Source: Antedon mediterranea (lineage: Eukaryota; Animalia; Echinodermata). Taken from it: 64,000 nt of DNA. The notes beneath the pieces are model-generated. The model did not search any database and was not told the DNA's origin. It was given only the letters and a program-made list of their open reading frames with translations. The DNA lies in NCBI RefSeq assembly GCF_964355755.1, contig NC_092677.1, positions 7,090,101-7,154,100 of the forward strand, read 5' to 3'. Position numbers and translations under genes: made by a program. Positions 13,268 to 41,550 of the stretch are shown here, in pieces; the first letter of the stretch is position 1; each line of letters begins with the position of its first letter.

Positions 13268-15600
13268 AAACGCAAGATCCCTGATCAGACCATTCTGATC
13301 TGTATTTATGACTAGCTAAGTGGGTGTTTATTGACAACACTTGGTTGTGAAATGCCTGTTTTATGACACCTCCCTTAATAGCAGAGGTGACCTCTGAGAG
13401 CTGGGTTACCCGTATTGTAAAAACATGTCCCTCATTCATATTTCAAGGAAATGTCCGCCTTATAAGGGTGTCCCCTGACGTGTTCCAAGGGAGGAGTTTA
13501 GCCATATTGTCCGATTATAAATACTTGTTTTTATGTACTTTTCTTCTTCAACGCTATACAGTAAGTAAGAAATAATAGATCAGGAAATTAAAATAAACTG
13601 CCGTTAAAGCTATTTGAAAATATGTGTAGCTTCTTTATTATGTTATGTAGGCCTAAATAGAACTAAATCTAAAAACAGCCGTAAAATATATTACCATGAA
13701 ATTACAAAAGTGAGAGTATTATGGTGATAGAAGAAAACATGATTTTAGAAAAGAACCAGTTTGAAACCGGCATACATGTTTTCAATTTCGAATCGGAGTA
13801 GGGATCAGCACTTTAAATGTTTAGAATAAGCGAAGGTTTCTTACATTAAGCTTTTTTTTTTGTTAATTATTCATTCTTCCTACATTACGAAAAAGCTCTG
13901 TAGCATACTACTTCTTTTCTTTCTTCAACACTTTTGGAAAAAATGTGATTGTTATCGTGCAAACCCGGAGCTTCCCTTTAACGTGTAACTTTTGTTTGAA
14001 TAAAGTTTTTGAATATTGGAGGCAAATAAAAATCATGATAGCCCCCTCTACGCCTATAGACTGCAGATTATGTGACGTATATGACGGTGTGAGGCAATTT
14101 TTAACGTCATGCCCACGTCATGATGACTCGTCGAAAGTTCGCAGAATTCTATTACTGAGTACGTGAACTCGGTTCTGTTCTGCGATTCACATAATGTAAA
14201 CACTGTTTTCCTATACTACTACTCATGTATACATAAATAATTGATGGAAATCAAATTGTTTTTTCTCTCTAAATTAAAGTTTAATAATAATCCGCTTGGC
14301 AAGCTTCTTGTTCGAGAGGTGGAAGTGTATCGCTGAGTGTACCTACATATTATAGTATATATTTCTTTTTAAATTTGTTTGGTTTATAACGTTTATTTGT
14401 ATGTAGTTCAAGTTGACTGCACCACTATCACAACCAGAAAAGAGATTTTAATCTCTTTCCTGGTACAACCATTATATTGATCATTGATGATGACTATGTA
14501 ATATTAGAAGGCCTACAAAACACTGTACAAACATACCGGTATTATTATTTTTGGTGTCTTAACAAAATTTCCCTTTTAATAAATGTGTCCAGGTGAACAT
14601 GAGCTATATTTCCCACTCTTTCGCACGGAAAGAGGTGTGTCCGATGATGATCCGCATTCATTCTATGTGGGGAGGGGACAGTGAATGGAAAACATGAATG
14701 GGCCAGATGAGTCCGATCTGAAATTTTCTACTTAAAAGATAACCATAGGCCTACATATGCCACCGTTATTACAAATTTTCTATTCACTGTGACACGTGCA
14801 TAATGATATATATTGACCTTTGAAACCATTGTCAAAATGGCCGGGCGGCACACCATTTCGGTATACGTTTGAACGAAGTGGTAAAGAGTTCCGTTCACAT
14901 TTAAAAATGAGGAATCTGGGTTTACCACAATCAAAGTTCGTTACCCAATGCTTCTCGATTATGGAACGCAAAAAATAGCAAGTAGACTCTCCTAATTCTG
15001 TATCCAATATAATAATTCCCGATGAAAGAGTATAGGCCTATGAGATTGATATAATAGTGACATATTATGGATGTGACTTGTTAGAAGATGATCCTTGTGA
15101 TGTAGCTGGATATTTATGATGTCATACTTAATGGGCTTCCTATTAGGCCTATACATGCTAAAAGTAGGCCTATAAGTAAATTGAAATGTAATTAAGAAAT
15201 GAATGAAAAATAAAAATGATTAGGCTATGTCAACTGAAATCAGCCGATCCAAAACGTAGATAACAAATCAACTTGGGGGTTTCAGTTAAATTCGTATGAA
15301 TCTTCGTCCTTCATTAATTATGTATTTTTTTTTATCCGTTATTTTATTGAATCAATGAATAATGATTAAAATTTCTTATTTTTCAATATTCGACATTGTA
15401 TTCTGATCTTTCTGTTATTTTTATTTCCTTGTTTTATATTTCACTGTCGAAATACAAATGAATGATCTTAATATAGGGCATATTATGAACACAAAATCCA
15501 CACATTATACATTAATATAATATTATTAGCGCATACTCTGAGATTCGTCATATACCGAGCACACACACAAACCGTACCACACACAAAAATACTTTTTGTC

Positions 15601-15778
15601 GTCATCACGTGATCACGTGACCTGCAACAGATAGCTAGCCTTCAACACAAGCGGATTTTAACGGAAAGAAAAAAATAGTTGAAATATTGTTTAGTGATTT
15701 ACTTACATAAATACACAAGTTATAAAGTCAGAAGTCAATGGGATGTTTCTTTTTCTGTAAATAGGAATCATACGCCCG
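15601..15778 (+). promoter_or_regulatory. Probable promoter and non-coding first exon of the WWP-like gene
   Basis: Tandem TCACGTGA palindromes at 15605-15612 and 15613-15620 in a CpG-enriched patch, then a donor-like CG|GTAAAT at 15779. The first coding exon has a clear acceptor at 25733, so an upstream exon is needed. Confidence 0.45.
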
Positions 15779-16823
15779 GTAAATATCAGATATTCATTGA
15801 TATACTGTAGTTTTATGTCAGTTAGGCTAGGCCCATTCATCTACATTTTGTATGGATGATGGAACGTAAAATGTAGGCAGTTGCTCCGGTCGGTTGTGTC
15901 GTCGTCGGGTACTTCATGATTTTTGGACACGGCGGGCTATCACAATACGGCCTGTTGTTGAACTTTGACTGGTTAATATATTATGATCTAAATATTTAAC
16001 AATAATTTATTGTTTAGTTTCAACTGTGGTCTTGGATTGTTATTTAAAAAGGGAGTGTTTTTATATCGTTTTCATGATGATGATTTGAAAAATGATAATT
16101 TGTAAACTAAAAATAAAATATTTTTATTGTCACAACACTAGAGCCTGCCTAGCCGGCCTATCCAAACACCACCACTTGCCCAAGCCTAGCTATTATAATT
16201 ATGGGCTAGACTCTCCTAGTCTAGGCATTGTACTGTAGTAATAGTAGTAGTATTAGTAGTAAATTATCCAGACTTAGGCCTAGGCCTAATTTCTTATTCA
16301 GTGAAAGTGAAACATGTTTTTTCTGTAGAAAATAACAAGATTGATAATATTAATAATATGGATGGAAATATGAATATAAATTAGCATACAGCAGTACACA
16401 GGCCAGTAAAATACCTGTAACCTGTATGCCAATTTCATGTACACAAATAAGATATTCTGCTATTTATTGATTTTGTCTATTAGACTATTTAATAATGTAT
16501 TGCAATCACATTTTATTTTTATGATCAGTATTTGTTTAGATATTTTTAATATTTATACAAATTGTGACCTCCATCCACCCACATTTAATATATGTATACT
16601 CATGTTTGTTCAAATTATATCTATAAGTGAGTGGGAAAACAAACGAAACGAAACGAAACAGTATGTTGAAGGCAAAATAAATGAAAAGATAGTTTAAACA
16701 GCACTGTATAGTGCTTTTTTTTGTTGGCTGTGGACACTATAATTGCTGATATAAAGTTATGGAAATAGAGGGGCATTCTGTTATATATTGGGCCTTAGGC
16801 ATGTTTACAGTATCTCTATTTAA

Positions 16824-17146
16824 TGCACTTGTCAATTGTATGACCCACTATATTACCCCCGGGAGAGGTGCGTCATTTACAAATAATTATTGATGCAGGG
16901 ATGCGTAAAAAAACCTAGATGGTACGTCACATCACTGAACAATGGTGTGTCAATGTGTGTCACTTTACCATCCACCATATCATAAACACATGGTCACAGT
17001 GCGTCAAAATGGGTGCGTCATGGCCACCTAAAGGAAAGTCATATTTTTTACGCACAGGTGAGTCATGGTATATTCATGATGCACATTGGACAAATGACGC
17101 ACCTCTCCCAGGGGTCGTATGGTGGGTCATACATTTGACAAGTGCA
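16824..17146. mobile_element. PIF/Harbinger-type MITE
   Basis: About 55-bp TIRs (TGCACTTGTCAA.TGTATGACCCAC...GGGAGAGGTGCGTCATTT and its reverse complement) with TAA duplicated on both sides. Confidence 0.85.
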
Positions 17147-18742
17147 TAACCATCTAATAATAACCACTATGTAATGTGCATAAAGGTAAAAAAAAAACAG
17201 ATCTTTGTTAGGCCTACAAGCGAGTGTATATTGTTTGGCTTTGACCCAGATTACGTAAATGTTATCACCACTGACCTGTAATATTACCAGAAATTGTGGG
17301 ATATTGTATAATAATATTGAAAGTGTACAAAAGTTATTCAATAAAAATTCATACTGTAGTTTCGAATAAGAATCATATTTTTGACAACTGGTGACTGTTT
17401 TATTTAACCAAAAAAATAAACAAGTTACGTGTGTATTTTAGGGACCATTTGTCATTTTTATTGTAACAGCATTATTGTATCATTTTCTTACTGCAGTAAT
17501 GTATGATTATAACTGGCCAATGACTGTAATCAATAGTGTACTGTCTGAATTATCCACCCCAATTATATACAGTACTGATTGATAAATAATTGCACCAACT
17601 GGTTAATTAAAGATTAAGCAAAAGTACTGTAGTTACTGCAGTACTTTTAAAGCAGTATAATAATTTATTTTATTTAATCATAATATTAATATTACGGTCC
17701 CTTAATACTGTAGTAGTATAGCACACACCAGCCGTGTTCACTCAAAATCATCATGCAATGACTGGACACTGAATTCAGGTCATTGAGTCATTTCATTGAC
17801 TATGAACTATGACACTTCATTCATATTAGTACTGTGTATTGTTCTGTATTTTCGTCTTTCTGTACACACAGTTCCTACTACCAACGGATCATATTGTTAT
17901 GGCAAACAAAAGTCAGTGAACCAGTATGTTTTTGGTTAAAACACTCTGGGAAACCCCTGTATGTTTGTTATACTGTACTTCAGCTATGAGAAGGAAGTAT
18001 AATGTTAAAAATAGTACTGTAAACTGTATTTATTTATAATAAGAATACATCATGTTAATTGTTACATTACTGTACATTGGTATTAATATTATTATATCAA
18101 AAAAAAAAATAAAAAAATTATTATTATTATTATTATATCAAAATTTATATCAAAATTTATACAGCAGTACAGTAAGCCCAACCTTAATGGGTGATACTAC
18201 TGATGGGTGTGGCCACCAAATAATCATCTAATACTACACCTCTACAGTACTTATTCATACATTGGTATACATGGTATAAACCTAACTCTAATAAATTGTA
18301 ATGTGCAATAATTGTATGATGATACAGAGATAATAATTCAAACATTAATTAATTCTTAATAAGTGGGCAAAGGTATACAGTACATGCATAAAACAGGTCT
18401 AATGATTCCAATAATAGACACTATTGGGCTGGCCAAATAGTTTTCCATTTAAAATCTGGTTTTTAAATTTCAAAATTCTGGTACTTCTGGTTCTGAGTTT
18501 CTGGTTTTACCAATAATTAATACTATTAGTATTACTAGTCAATCAATTTTGTCATTTTAATTAAGTCATCGTTTTAATATTTAAGTGTTTGTGATTGATT
18601 GATTAATGTGTTGGCTTCAGTTATTTATAATGAACAATAGGTCAGTATACTTTGTACGTAATAATTTCCTAATTTCATTGAATTTTACTAATTTTTAATA
18701 ATATTATTACTGTACACTTCTTTTGGTTCTATTATTACTATT

Positions 18743-19463
18743 AGCGAGCTTTCGTAAAGGGACGGTAAACGTGCAGTACCAACTGTGACCGTACTCATTT
18801 ACTAGTCACCCGTCATGTCTGTTACTGTTTCGTTTTGTTCACGCGGCAGGAACATGTGCGCGACGTCATAGTGCGATCAGGTATCATCATCAGTTGACTC
18901 GACTTTCAGCATCTCACAACATGGCAAACCTACATAGGGTACGAGATGCTCTTGTTGCTGCCTATATTTCAGATGTTCTAGACGAGGAAGAATTTATTAT
19001 GTTGTATACTATGAATTCCCCAAGTAAATGACAGGTGCGAAACGGAACTAGCGCCCTGATTTTCAGTATAAAAGTGATGAATATCAATTCAACTTAGATA
19101 AATTCAACGATGATGAATGCAACAGCTATTTCAGGCTAGGCCGAATCTCTAACTAAGGCAATTTTTTTCATTTTATATTTGTCATCACTGATCTTAGAGC
19201 ACTACATTAATGAACATTCATTTAATATGCTATAGCCTAGTCTATGTTTGATTACAATAAGTTAAAATAACGACTGATTAAACTGCTTTACGTTTGATGA
19301 TACTGCTTCCATCGTTTCCTCCATAATTAAGGACGCTATTTCTTCTCACTACCGTTCTCAAATTTAGCGCTACGGTGAGTCTCAAATTTCTGCACATGCA
19401 TGGATCACATTTTGGTTCGAATTACCGTACTGAACTACTTCCGTACTACAACGAAAGCTCGCT
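18743..19463 (+). mobile_element. Internally deleted PIF/Harbinger-related (Pangu/ISL2EU-like) DNA transposon with transposase N-terminal remnant
   Basis: TIRs AGCGAGCTTTCGT / ACGAAAGCTCGCT with ATT on both flanks. Broken ORF from 18921: MANLHRVRDALVAAYISDVLDEEEFIMLY...RPDFQY...FNLDKFNDDECNSYFRL. Confidence 0.7.
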
Positions 19464-20408
19464 ATTATCAGTGTTGGTACTGTATGGTTTTACTGTGTTT
19501 TGTCAATTTAAAATTTCTCAGAGACAATTATTGACAACAGACGAGATACCAAGGCCTAGATGATTACCTACAGTAGCTTACAATTTGATACATTGATATT
19601 TTACTTTATCATTCCGGATTTACAGTAGTCTTTGATTGCTCACTGTCTATATTTCAATGGCTACTGTACATTACAATACAATAGGCCTAGCCTACTACTA
19701 ATACTTAGGACAAGTGTCTATGTCAATATAACAGTACACCATTTTTTACAATGATCGGAGCCAATTTATTCTGGCACAGAATCACTGTACAAACAGTATA
19801 CAGTAGTCTACAGAATATTTTCATAGAGGAAATAAAATTATTTCTTTTTGTACTGTACTGTATATGATTGTACCTTTCCCAAGCTACAATCAAGAAGAAT
19901 GTATCACACAAAGCACTGTGTATTAACTATTATTCTGTAGTTTAATCGACTTCTCTCAGATTTAACCTATTCAATTAATTGAAAATGAACCTATTTAGAT
20001 ACATGGTTTCATAGTTACTGTTTTTGTATGTTATTTTACCTTGATTTACCTTGACCTTTAGACTATAAACCTGTTAAGGTTTGTGAGTCCCTCTTTGAAC
20101 ATCTTGGTTATATGGCTCAAACTTTAGGTTGTGGGTTTTCCAGTGTGTTTCAAGATGGGTTTTAAAATTATTTATAGAGGATGCATTTACTACAGTATAT
20201 GATATGGCAAACTATTCCAATCATTTACTGCAGATATTGATATTTTCAGACAAGATTAAATTTAGTTTTATGAATAATAATTCAGTGTATATACCTGTAG
20301 AATCACAAAAAGGTGGTAAATATTACTAAATACACACAATACTGTAAACCAAACTTGTCTTTATTAATGTTTCCATTGGATGTTGGACGTTAAATCGGAA
20401 ATTTCATT

Positions 20409-21278
20409 ATGGAAAGTGGAAAACAAGACAAAGAAAAAATCACCTACCACCTGAGATCTGTAAGGGCGGACGCCGAGGAAACAATAGAACCGGTCAGCGC
20501 GGGAAGCGCAGCCCAACCGTCGAATTCCGTACTAGACCAGAAACTGGACATGATCATTCAAAAACTAGAATCGATGGATAAGCGTGTAAAAAACTTAGAA
20601 TCCCGGATGAGTAAAGCAGAGGGAAAATCCAAAACACAAAATCAGGACATCGCAGAAATTCATCGGTCATTAGAATTCATTGGTAAAAGTGTAGAAGAAA
20701 ACACAACAAAATGCAAGTCGACAAGTGAAATTACAGGTAATTTTGAATATTTACAAAACAAAGTTGAAGACCTGGAAAACAGGTCCAGAAGAAATAACCT
20801 TGTAATTCACAACGTACCGGAAGGCTATGAAAAGAAGGAAAATAAAACATGTGAAGAATTAGTGAAATATATATTAACCTCCCATATGAAATTGGAAGAT
20901 GGCGAACACATCGAGATCGAACGCGCCCATAGAACACCTGGCTATTTGCATAATAAAGGATCAACAAAACGCAAACAAACGCCTAGGCTGATTCATGTTA
21001 AGTTACTCCGCTTCACTGATCGTCAATTTGTACTGAGGAATGCTGCAAAAACGCTGAAGAACAATCCACTGCACACCAATCTTATATATATTAGCGACGA
21101 TGTTTCAAAGAAGGTGAGAGAGCAGCGGAAAATACTGAGGCAAAATCACATCGAAAGAATAAGACGGCGATCGGACGTTAAGTTCGCGTTTATCCCGTTC
21201 TGTGTGCCTCCAGTTATTAGATACCAGAAGCAAGATGGCCGCTTTGAATCATTCGTACCTGGACAAAACAGCAAATGA
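20409..21278 (+). CDS. LINE ORF1p (coiled coil + RRM, L1-type), 289 aa
   Basis: Heptad-rich N-terminal half, then LENRSRRNNLVIHNVPE, IERAHR, PRLIHVKL and YISDDVS, all typical of L1 ORF1p. Confidence 0.9.
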   Translation: MESGKQDKEKITYHLRSVRADAEETIEPVSAGSAAQPSNSVLDQKLDMIIQKLESMDKRVKNLESRMSKAEGKSKTQNQDIAEIHRSLEFIGKSVEENTTKCKSTSEITGNFEYLQNKVEDLENRSRRNNLVIHNVPEGYEKKENKTCEELVKYILTSHMKLEDGEHIEIERAHRTPGYLHNKGSTKRKQTPRLIHVKLLRFTDRQFVLRNAAKTLKNNPLHTNLIYISDDVSKKVREQRKILRQNHIERIRRRSDVKFAFIPFCVPPVIRYQKQDGRFESFVPGQNSK

Positions 21279-21754
21279 ACTACCAGGGTGTAAACAAAAG
21301 GTATTTTGATCCCTAGACTGTGAACACTTTTTATAATTTTCTTTTTTATCTATTACTACGGCATTGCAAATATAGATATGTTTTATATCAATTTACATGT
21401 ACATGATAGCTACTCGCAGATGGCGATGGTTATCCAATGCTACGCATTTTTGTATTTGATGTTCTCAAGTGTAATTAATGTTAATGTTATCTTTAATTTT
21501 ATTTTTTTTATTTTGAGTATCGCATTTTATAGACTATTAAATGTGTATGTTTTTATACCCACGGTAATGGAAACGGCTATACAAAACCGGACTCCGCTAA
21601 TTATTTGCATTCTTAACATATACTATTTATTTCCATCAGATAACGATGTACAGTATCTATAACGACGTTTATGATCTCAATTGTTATTATCTCTCTGATA
21701 TAACTAAATGTATAATAATAACGCAGACAGTAATAAAACCACAAAAAAATAAAT

Positions 21755-24700
21755 ATGGGTAGCATAGATATATGTAGTTTAAATGTACGGGGGCTTAGAA
21801 ACCCTTTTAAACGCAGCACCGTATTTAATTGGCTAAGGGATCAACCCTTCTCCATATATCTCCTACAAGAAACCCACTGCACACATGAGCTGGAAACTGC
21901 GTGGCGTAATGACTGGGGTTCTGAGATTAAATTTAGCAATGGAAAGAATAATTCGGCTGGAGTCTGTATTCTTTTAAAATTAAATGTCAGCTACAAAATA
22001 GGAAACATATACAATGATCAAAATGGGAAATTTATTATTATGAATATACAAATAGAGGATAAACATATTACAATTGCAAATTTATATGGACCAAATGATG
22101 ACAACAGTTTCTTTTTTGAACAATTTAATAATAAAATTGAGGAGTTCGCACAGTACTCTCTAATAATAGGCGGAGATTTTAATACAATACTTGAACCTGA
22201 TCTGGATAAGAAAAATGGAAGAGGTCAAATTCACCCGAGATCTGTAGAACAAATAAATAGTATAAAAGACAATTATAATTTAATTGACATCTGGAGACAG
22301 GAAAATCCAACTAAAACCCAATTTACATGGCACTCCAATCAATCTCCAAAAGTGTTCTGTAGGTTAGATTATTTTCTTATATCCTATGAACTTTGGTCTC
22401 AAGTTGAAAAAACTTTAATATCACCGGGTTTTAAAAGTGACCATTCATTGATTACGTTATCAATACATGGAATAACAAGCAAACGAGGGTCAGGTTTCTG
22501 GAAACTGAATACAAGCCTTTTAAGTGACCCACAATACGTTAAAGAAATTAAAGAAACCATAAAAAACACAAAAGAAGAATGTTTAGAAAATAACCCACAT
22601 ACTGTATGGGAAATGATAAAATGTAATACAAGGAGAACATCAATGTCGTATTCTGGTAGACTAAATAAAACAATTAAAAAAGACGCGGATCGATTAAACA
22701 ATGAAATCAAAACCCTAGAAGAGCAATATTGCGTAAACAGTAATGAAAAAATAACCGAAATGATCCAAATTAAAAGAAACGAACTAGAATCAATCTATGA
22801 AATTAGAACACGTGGCTCACTGATTCGATCCAAAGCCCGTTGGATAGAAGAAGGAGAAAAAAGCACGAAATATTTTCTTAATTTAGAGAGGAGGAATTAT
22901 AATAAAAAGCATATAACTAAAATTACAACAGATAATGGAGACATAACTAACCCCGACGATATAATAAATGAAGAAAAACGATTCTATGAATCATTATATA
23001 GTTTTGAAGGCGAAAATAACAATGTCAACCCTGCTGATATTTTTGACAAGATACACATAGATAAAATCAATAAAGATGATGAATCTATATGTGACCAGCC
23101 CCTTAGAGATACAGAATGTTTAGAAGCATTAAAGGCGATGGATAACAATAAAACCCCTGGGACAGATGGTTTTCCTGCCGAGTTTTATAAACTATTTTGG
23201 AATGATATAAAAGATACGCTAATTAACGCTTACCATTATTCTTTCCAATCCGGGTTTTTAAGTATCTCCCAGAAACGAGGGGTGATATCACTTATACCGA
23301 AAAAAGATAAATCTCCGCTATTATTGAAAAACTGGCGTCCCATCTCGCTTTTAAATGTGGATTATAAAATTTTAGCAAAAGCCATTGCGACTCGTTTAAA
23401 ATGTGTGCTGCCATCAGTAATTAATCCTGATCAAACGGGCTTTCTTAAAGGCAGATATATTGGAGAAAACATAAGATTAGTCTATGATGTAATAAAATAT
23501 GCAGAAATGCACAACAAGCCAAACTTACTATTTTTTGTAGATTTTGAAAAGGCTTTCGATAAGGTGAAATGGGACTTCCTTGATATGTCTCTTAAGAGAT
23601 TTGGCTTTGGTAAAAATATGATAAATTGGATAAAAATATTATATAAAGACATTGTTAGTTGCGTTATAAATAACGGGGTAACATCAAAATTCTTCAATTT
23701 AAAACGAGGCCTGCGTCAAGGATGTCCCTTATCCCCATATCTTTTTATAATTTGTGCAGAAACACTAGGTAACATGGTACGTCAATCAGACACATTTAAA
23801 GGTATAGAGTACAATAATGTAGACATAAGAATTAGCCAATTTGCAGATGACACTGTGTTTTTTCTCAAAGACCAAAACTCAATTAAACCGATTATAGATA
23901 TACTGGATGAATTTTCTATATATTCTGGACTCAGAATTAATTATGAAAAAAGTAACATTATGAGAATAGGATCGTTAAGAAACTGCGACTATAAAACGCC
24001 ATCTGAGAAAAGTATTTCATGGACCAAAGGCCCAGTAAAATACTTGGGTGTCAATATTTCTTGTAATTTTAATGATATTTTCAGACTCAATTTTCCAGAT
24101 AAGGCTAAAAATGCTGAACAAGTATTAAATATGTGGAAACAACGCTCACTTACTCTGTTTGGAAAAGCAACTATTATTAAGTCACTGTTTCTCCCGATAT
24201 TCACGTATGTTTTCTCAAATTTACCAGACCCACCCGATTGTTTCCTTCAAGATATTCAAAGTAAAATTTTTAAATTTATATGGAACGGAAAACCCGATAA
24301 AGTCAAAAGAAAAGTCATGCTTAACAATTTTGACGAGGAGGGTTAAAAATTCCCCATATTAAGAGTTACTGTACATCTCTCAAATCATGTTGGGTGAAAA
24401 GATATCTTGATGGAAATCAATCCAAGTGGAAAGTGTTTTTAAAAAGTAAGATTAAAGAGGTTGGAGGAAATATTGTTTTCGAAACCAACTTTTCTAAATC
24501 TTCAAAAATATTAAAACAATTTGAAAGGTTCCATAAAGATATACTCTCTGCGTGGAGTGAATACAATTTTGTAGAACCGTATACGATAGAGGACATCTTA
24601 AATCAATCTTTATGGAACAACTCATGTTTTTGATAAAAGAGAATTTAAAGTTGAAAAAAATTGGTTGGTTAAAAATGTAAACTATGTAAAAGATATCGTG

Positions 24701-25426
24701 AACAAAGAAGGGAAAATATTAGAACTAGACGAATTTAACCAAAAATATAATTTTAAACCAGACTTCTTATTATATCACCAGATTGTAAATTCAATTCCAA
24801 AGCTCTGGAAACAGAAATTAATTGAACAAGGTATAAACACAACTAATGAAGTTGAATCCAAATTACAGACATTCATTTCTGTGAAAACGAGAAATTGTCA
24901 TTATATCTATAAACACATTATATTAAAAAATGTTGAAGAGCCAATTGGAATTGAATCCAAATGGGAAAAGGAGTTTGACAACAAACTTAATTGGAAAAAC
25001 CTTTTCTCAAATTTACACGCCTGTACAAATGACACTAAGCTAAAAAATTTTCAATTTAAATTTATTCATCGTATAATTTATACAAATACAATGCTCTTTA
25101 AGATGTCAAAGGTCGATTCACCAATGTGTAGTTTTTGCAAGGAAAAGCAGGAAACACTGCTACATATGTTCTTTGAATGTGATCTGGTAAAGAACATTTG
25201 GGAAAATGTAAAACAATATATGTATCGAAATATCAACAATAACTTAATTATCACCAAAGAAAGTATATGTTTTGGTTTTGGAAAAACACACAGTGATGCA
25301 AACATTTTAATTTTAATTACAAAGTGGTACATATTTAGTTGCAAAATCAAAAAACAATTACTTAATTATAATCATTTATTTCACATTTACCAAAAATACA
25401 AGGCAACCATATTATTAGCAAAATGA
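21755..25426 (+). pseudogene. LINE ORF2p (APE endonuclease - reverse transcriptase - CCHC), frameshifted after the RT domain
   Basis: Endonuclease motifs SLNVRGL, LQETH, GGDFN, RLDYF, SDH. RT motifs KTPGTDG, WRPISLLN, DFEKAFD, GLRQGCPLSP, QFADD, KYLG. Zinc knuckle CSFC...HMFFEC. Frame breaks near 24340 and 24630-24660. Confidence 0.93.
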
Positions 25427-25568
25427 TTATTATTAAGTGTATTTTTGCGATACATTATTTTTTTTTTCTTTAATTTCATTACTCTCTTATTTTTGAGAGA
25501 GTATTATATCGTTTTAATTGTTACGTTGCCTTTATATATTAATTTTGTATTATGTATGTGATGAAATG

Positions 25569-25618
<50 letters not shown>

Positions 25619-25761
25619 ATTCAGTGTGTGTAAAATCATTAATAATATAGCATATTAACTTAATGTAAATATTTAATTAGTTCAGTAGGAATCATTTGAT
25701 GTTGTTACAGTACATGTTGTATTTCCCTCGTAGGTTGGGCAAGTAAGCGAAGCAAAGTGAA

Positions 25762-41083
<15,322 letters not shown>

Positions 41084-41160
41084 AGACAACATGTACACAA
41101 AGGCACCACAAAGATCACACCCAGAGTACCAAGCACCAACAATAAATATTAATAGATATC

Positions 41161-41550
41161 ACTATAAGTGAAAGCTGCCATCCTGGTGGATAACTGCCAC
41201 TGTGGTGGAAAGCTGCCACGGTTGCAGAAAGCTACCACTATGATGGAAAGCTGCTACAGTGCCACTATCAAGCTGCCACCATGACCGAAAGCTACCACTA
41301 TGATGGGAAGCTTCCATCATGATGCAAAGCTGCCACTGTGGCGGTAAGCTGCCACTGCGACAGAAAGCTGCCACCATGGCAGAAACTATATTGTAAGCAG
41401 CCACCATAATGTAAAGCTGACTGATGGATAAGTAACATCTGCAACCATGGCAGAAACTTACCACTATGATGAAAAGCTGACACCATGATCATTGCTGCTA
41501 TGGCAGAAAGTTGCATCCACAACATAAAACTACCACCATGATGGAAAGTG
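41161..41550 (+). repeat. Degenerate 20-bp-scale tandem repeat just after the WWP stop codon
   Basis: Recurring gaaagct(g/a)ccac(c/t)(a/g)tg core, roughly 18 copies. Confidence 0.85.

Larger units (their letters stand above)
20289..25614 (+). mobile_element. Near full-length L1/Tx1-clade non-LTR retrotransposon
   Basis: ORF1, 476-bp spacer, ORF2, short 3' UTR, 48-nt poly(A) at 25569-25616. 13-bp TSD AATAATTCAGTGT at 20276-20288 and 25615-25627. Confidence 0.95.

Noticed and set aside
14643-14721. Possible C/D box snoRNA (ATGATGA ... CTGA)
   Set aside because: No terminal stem, no recognisable rRNA antisense element, and not clearly inside an intron.
21378-21662. 94-aa hydrophobic ORF in the LINE inter-ORF spacer as a third LINE protein
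   Set aside because: Its composition follows from T-rich low-complexity DNA. It would need conservation across other copies to be credible.
41162-41525. Minus-strand ORFs of 75-100 aa after the WWP stop
   Set aside because: They are translations of the degenerate tandem repeat.
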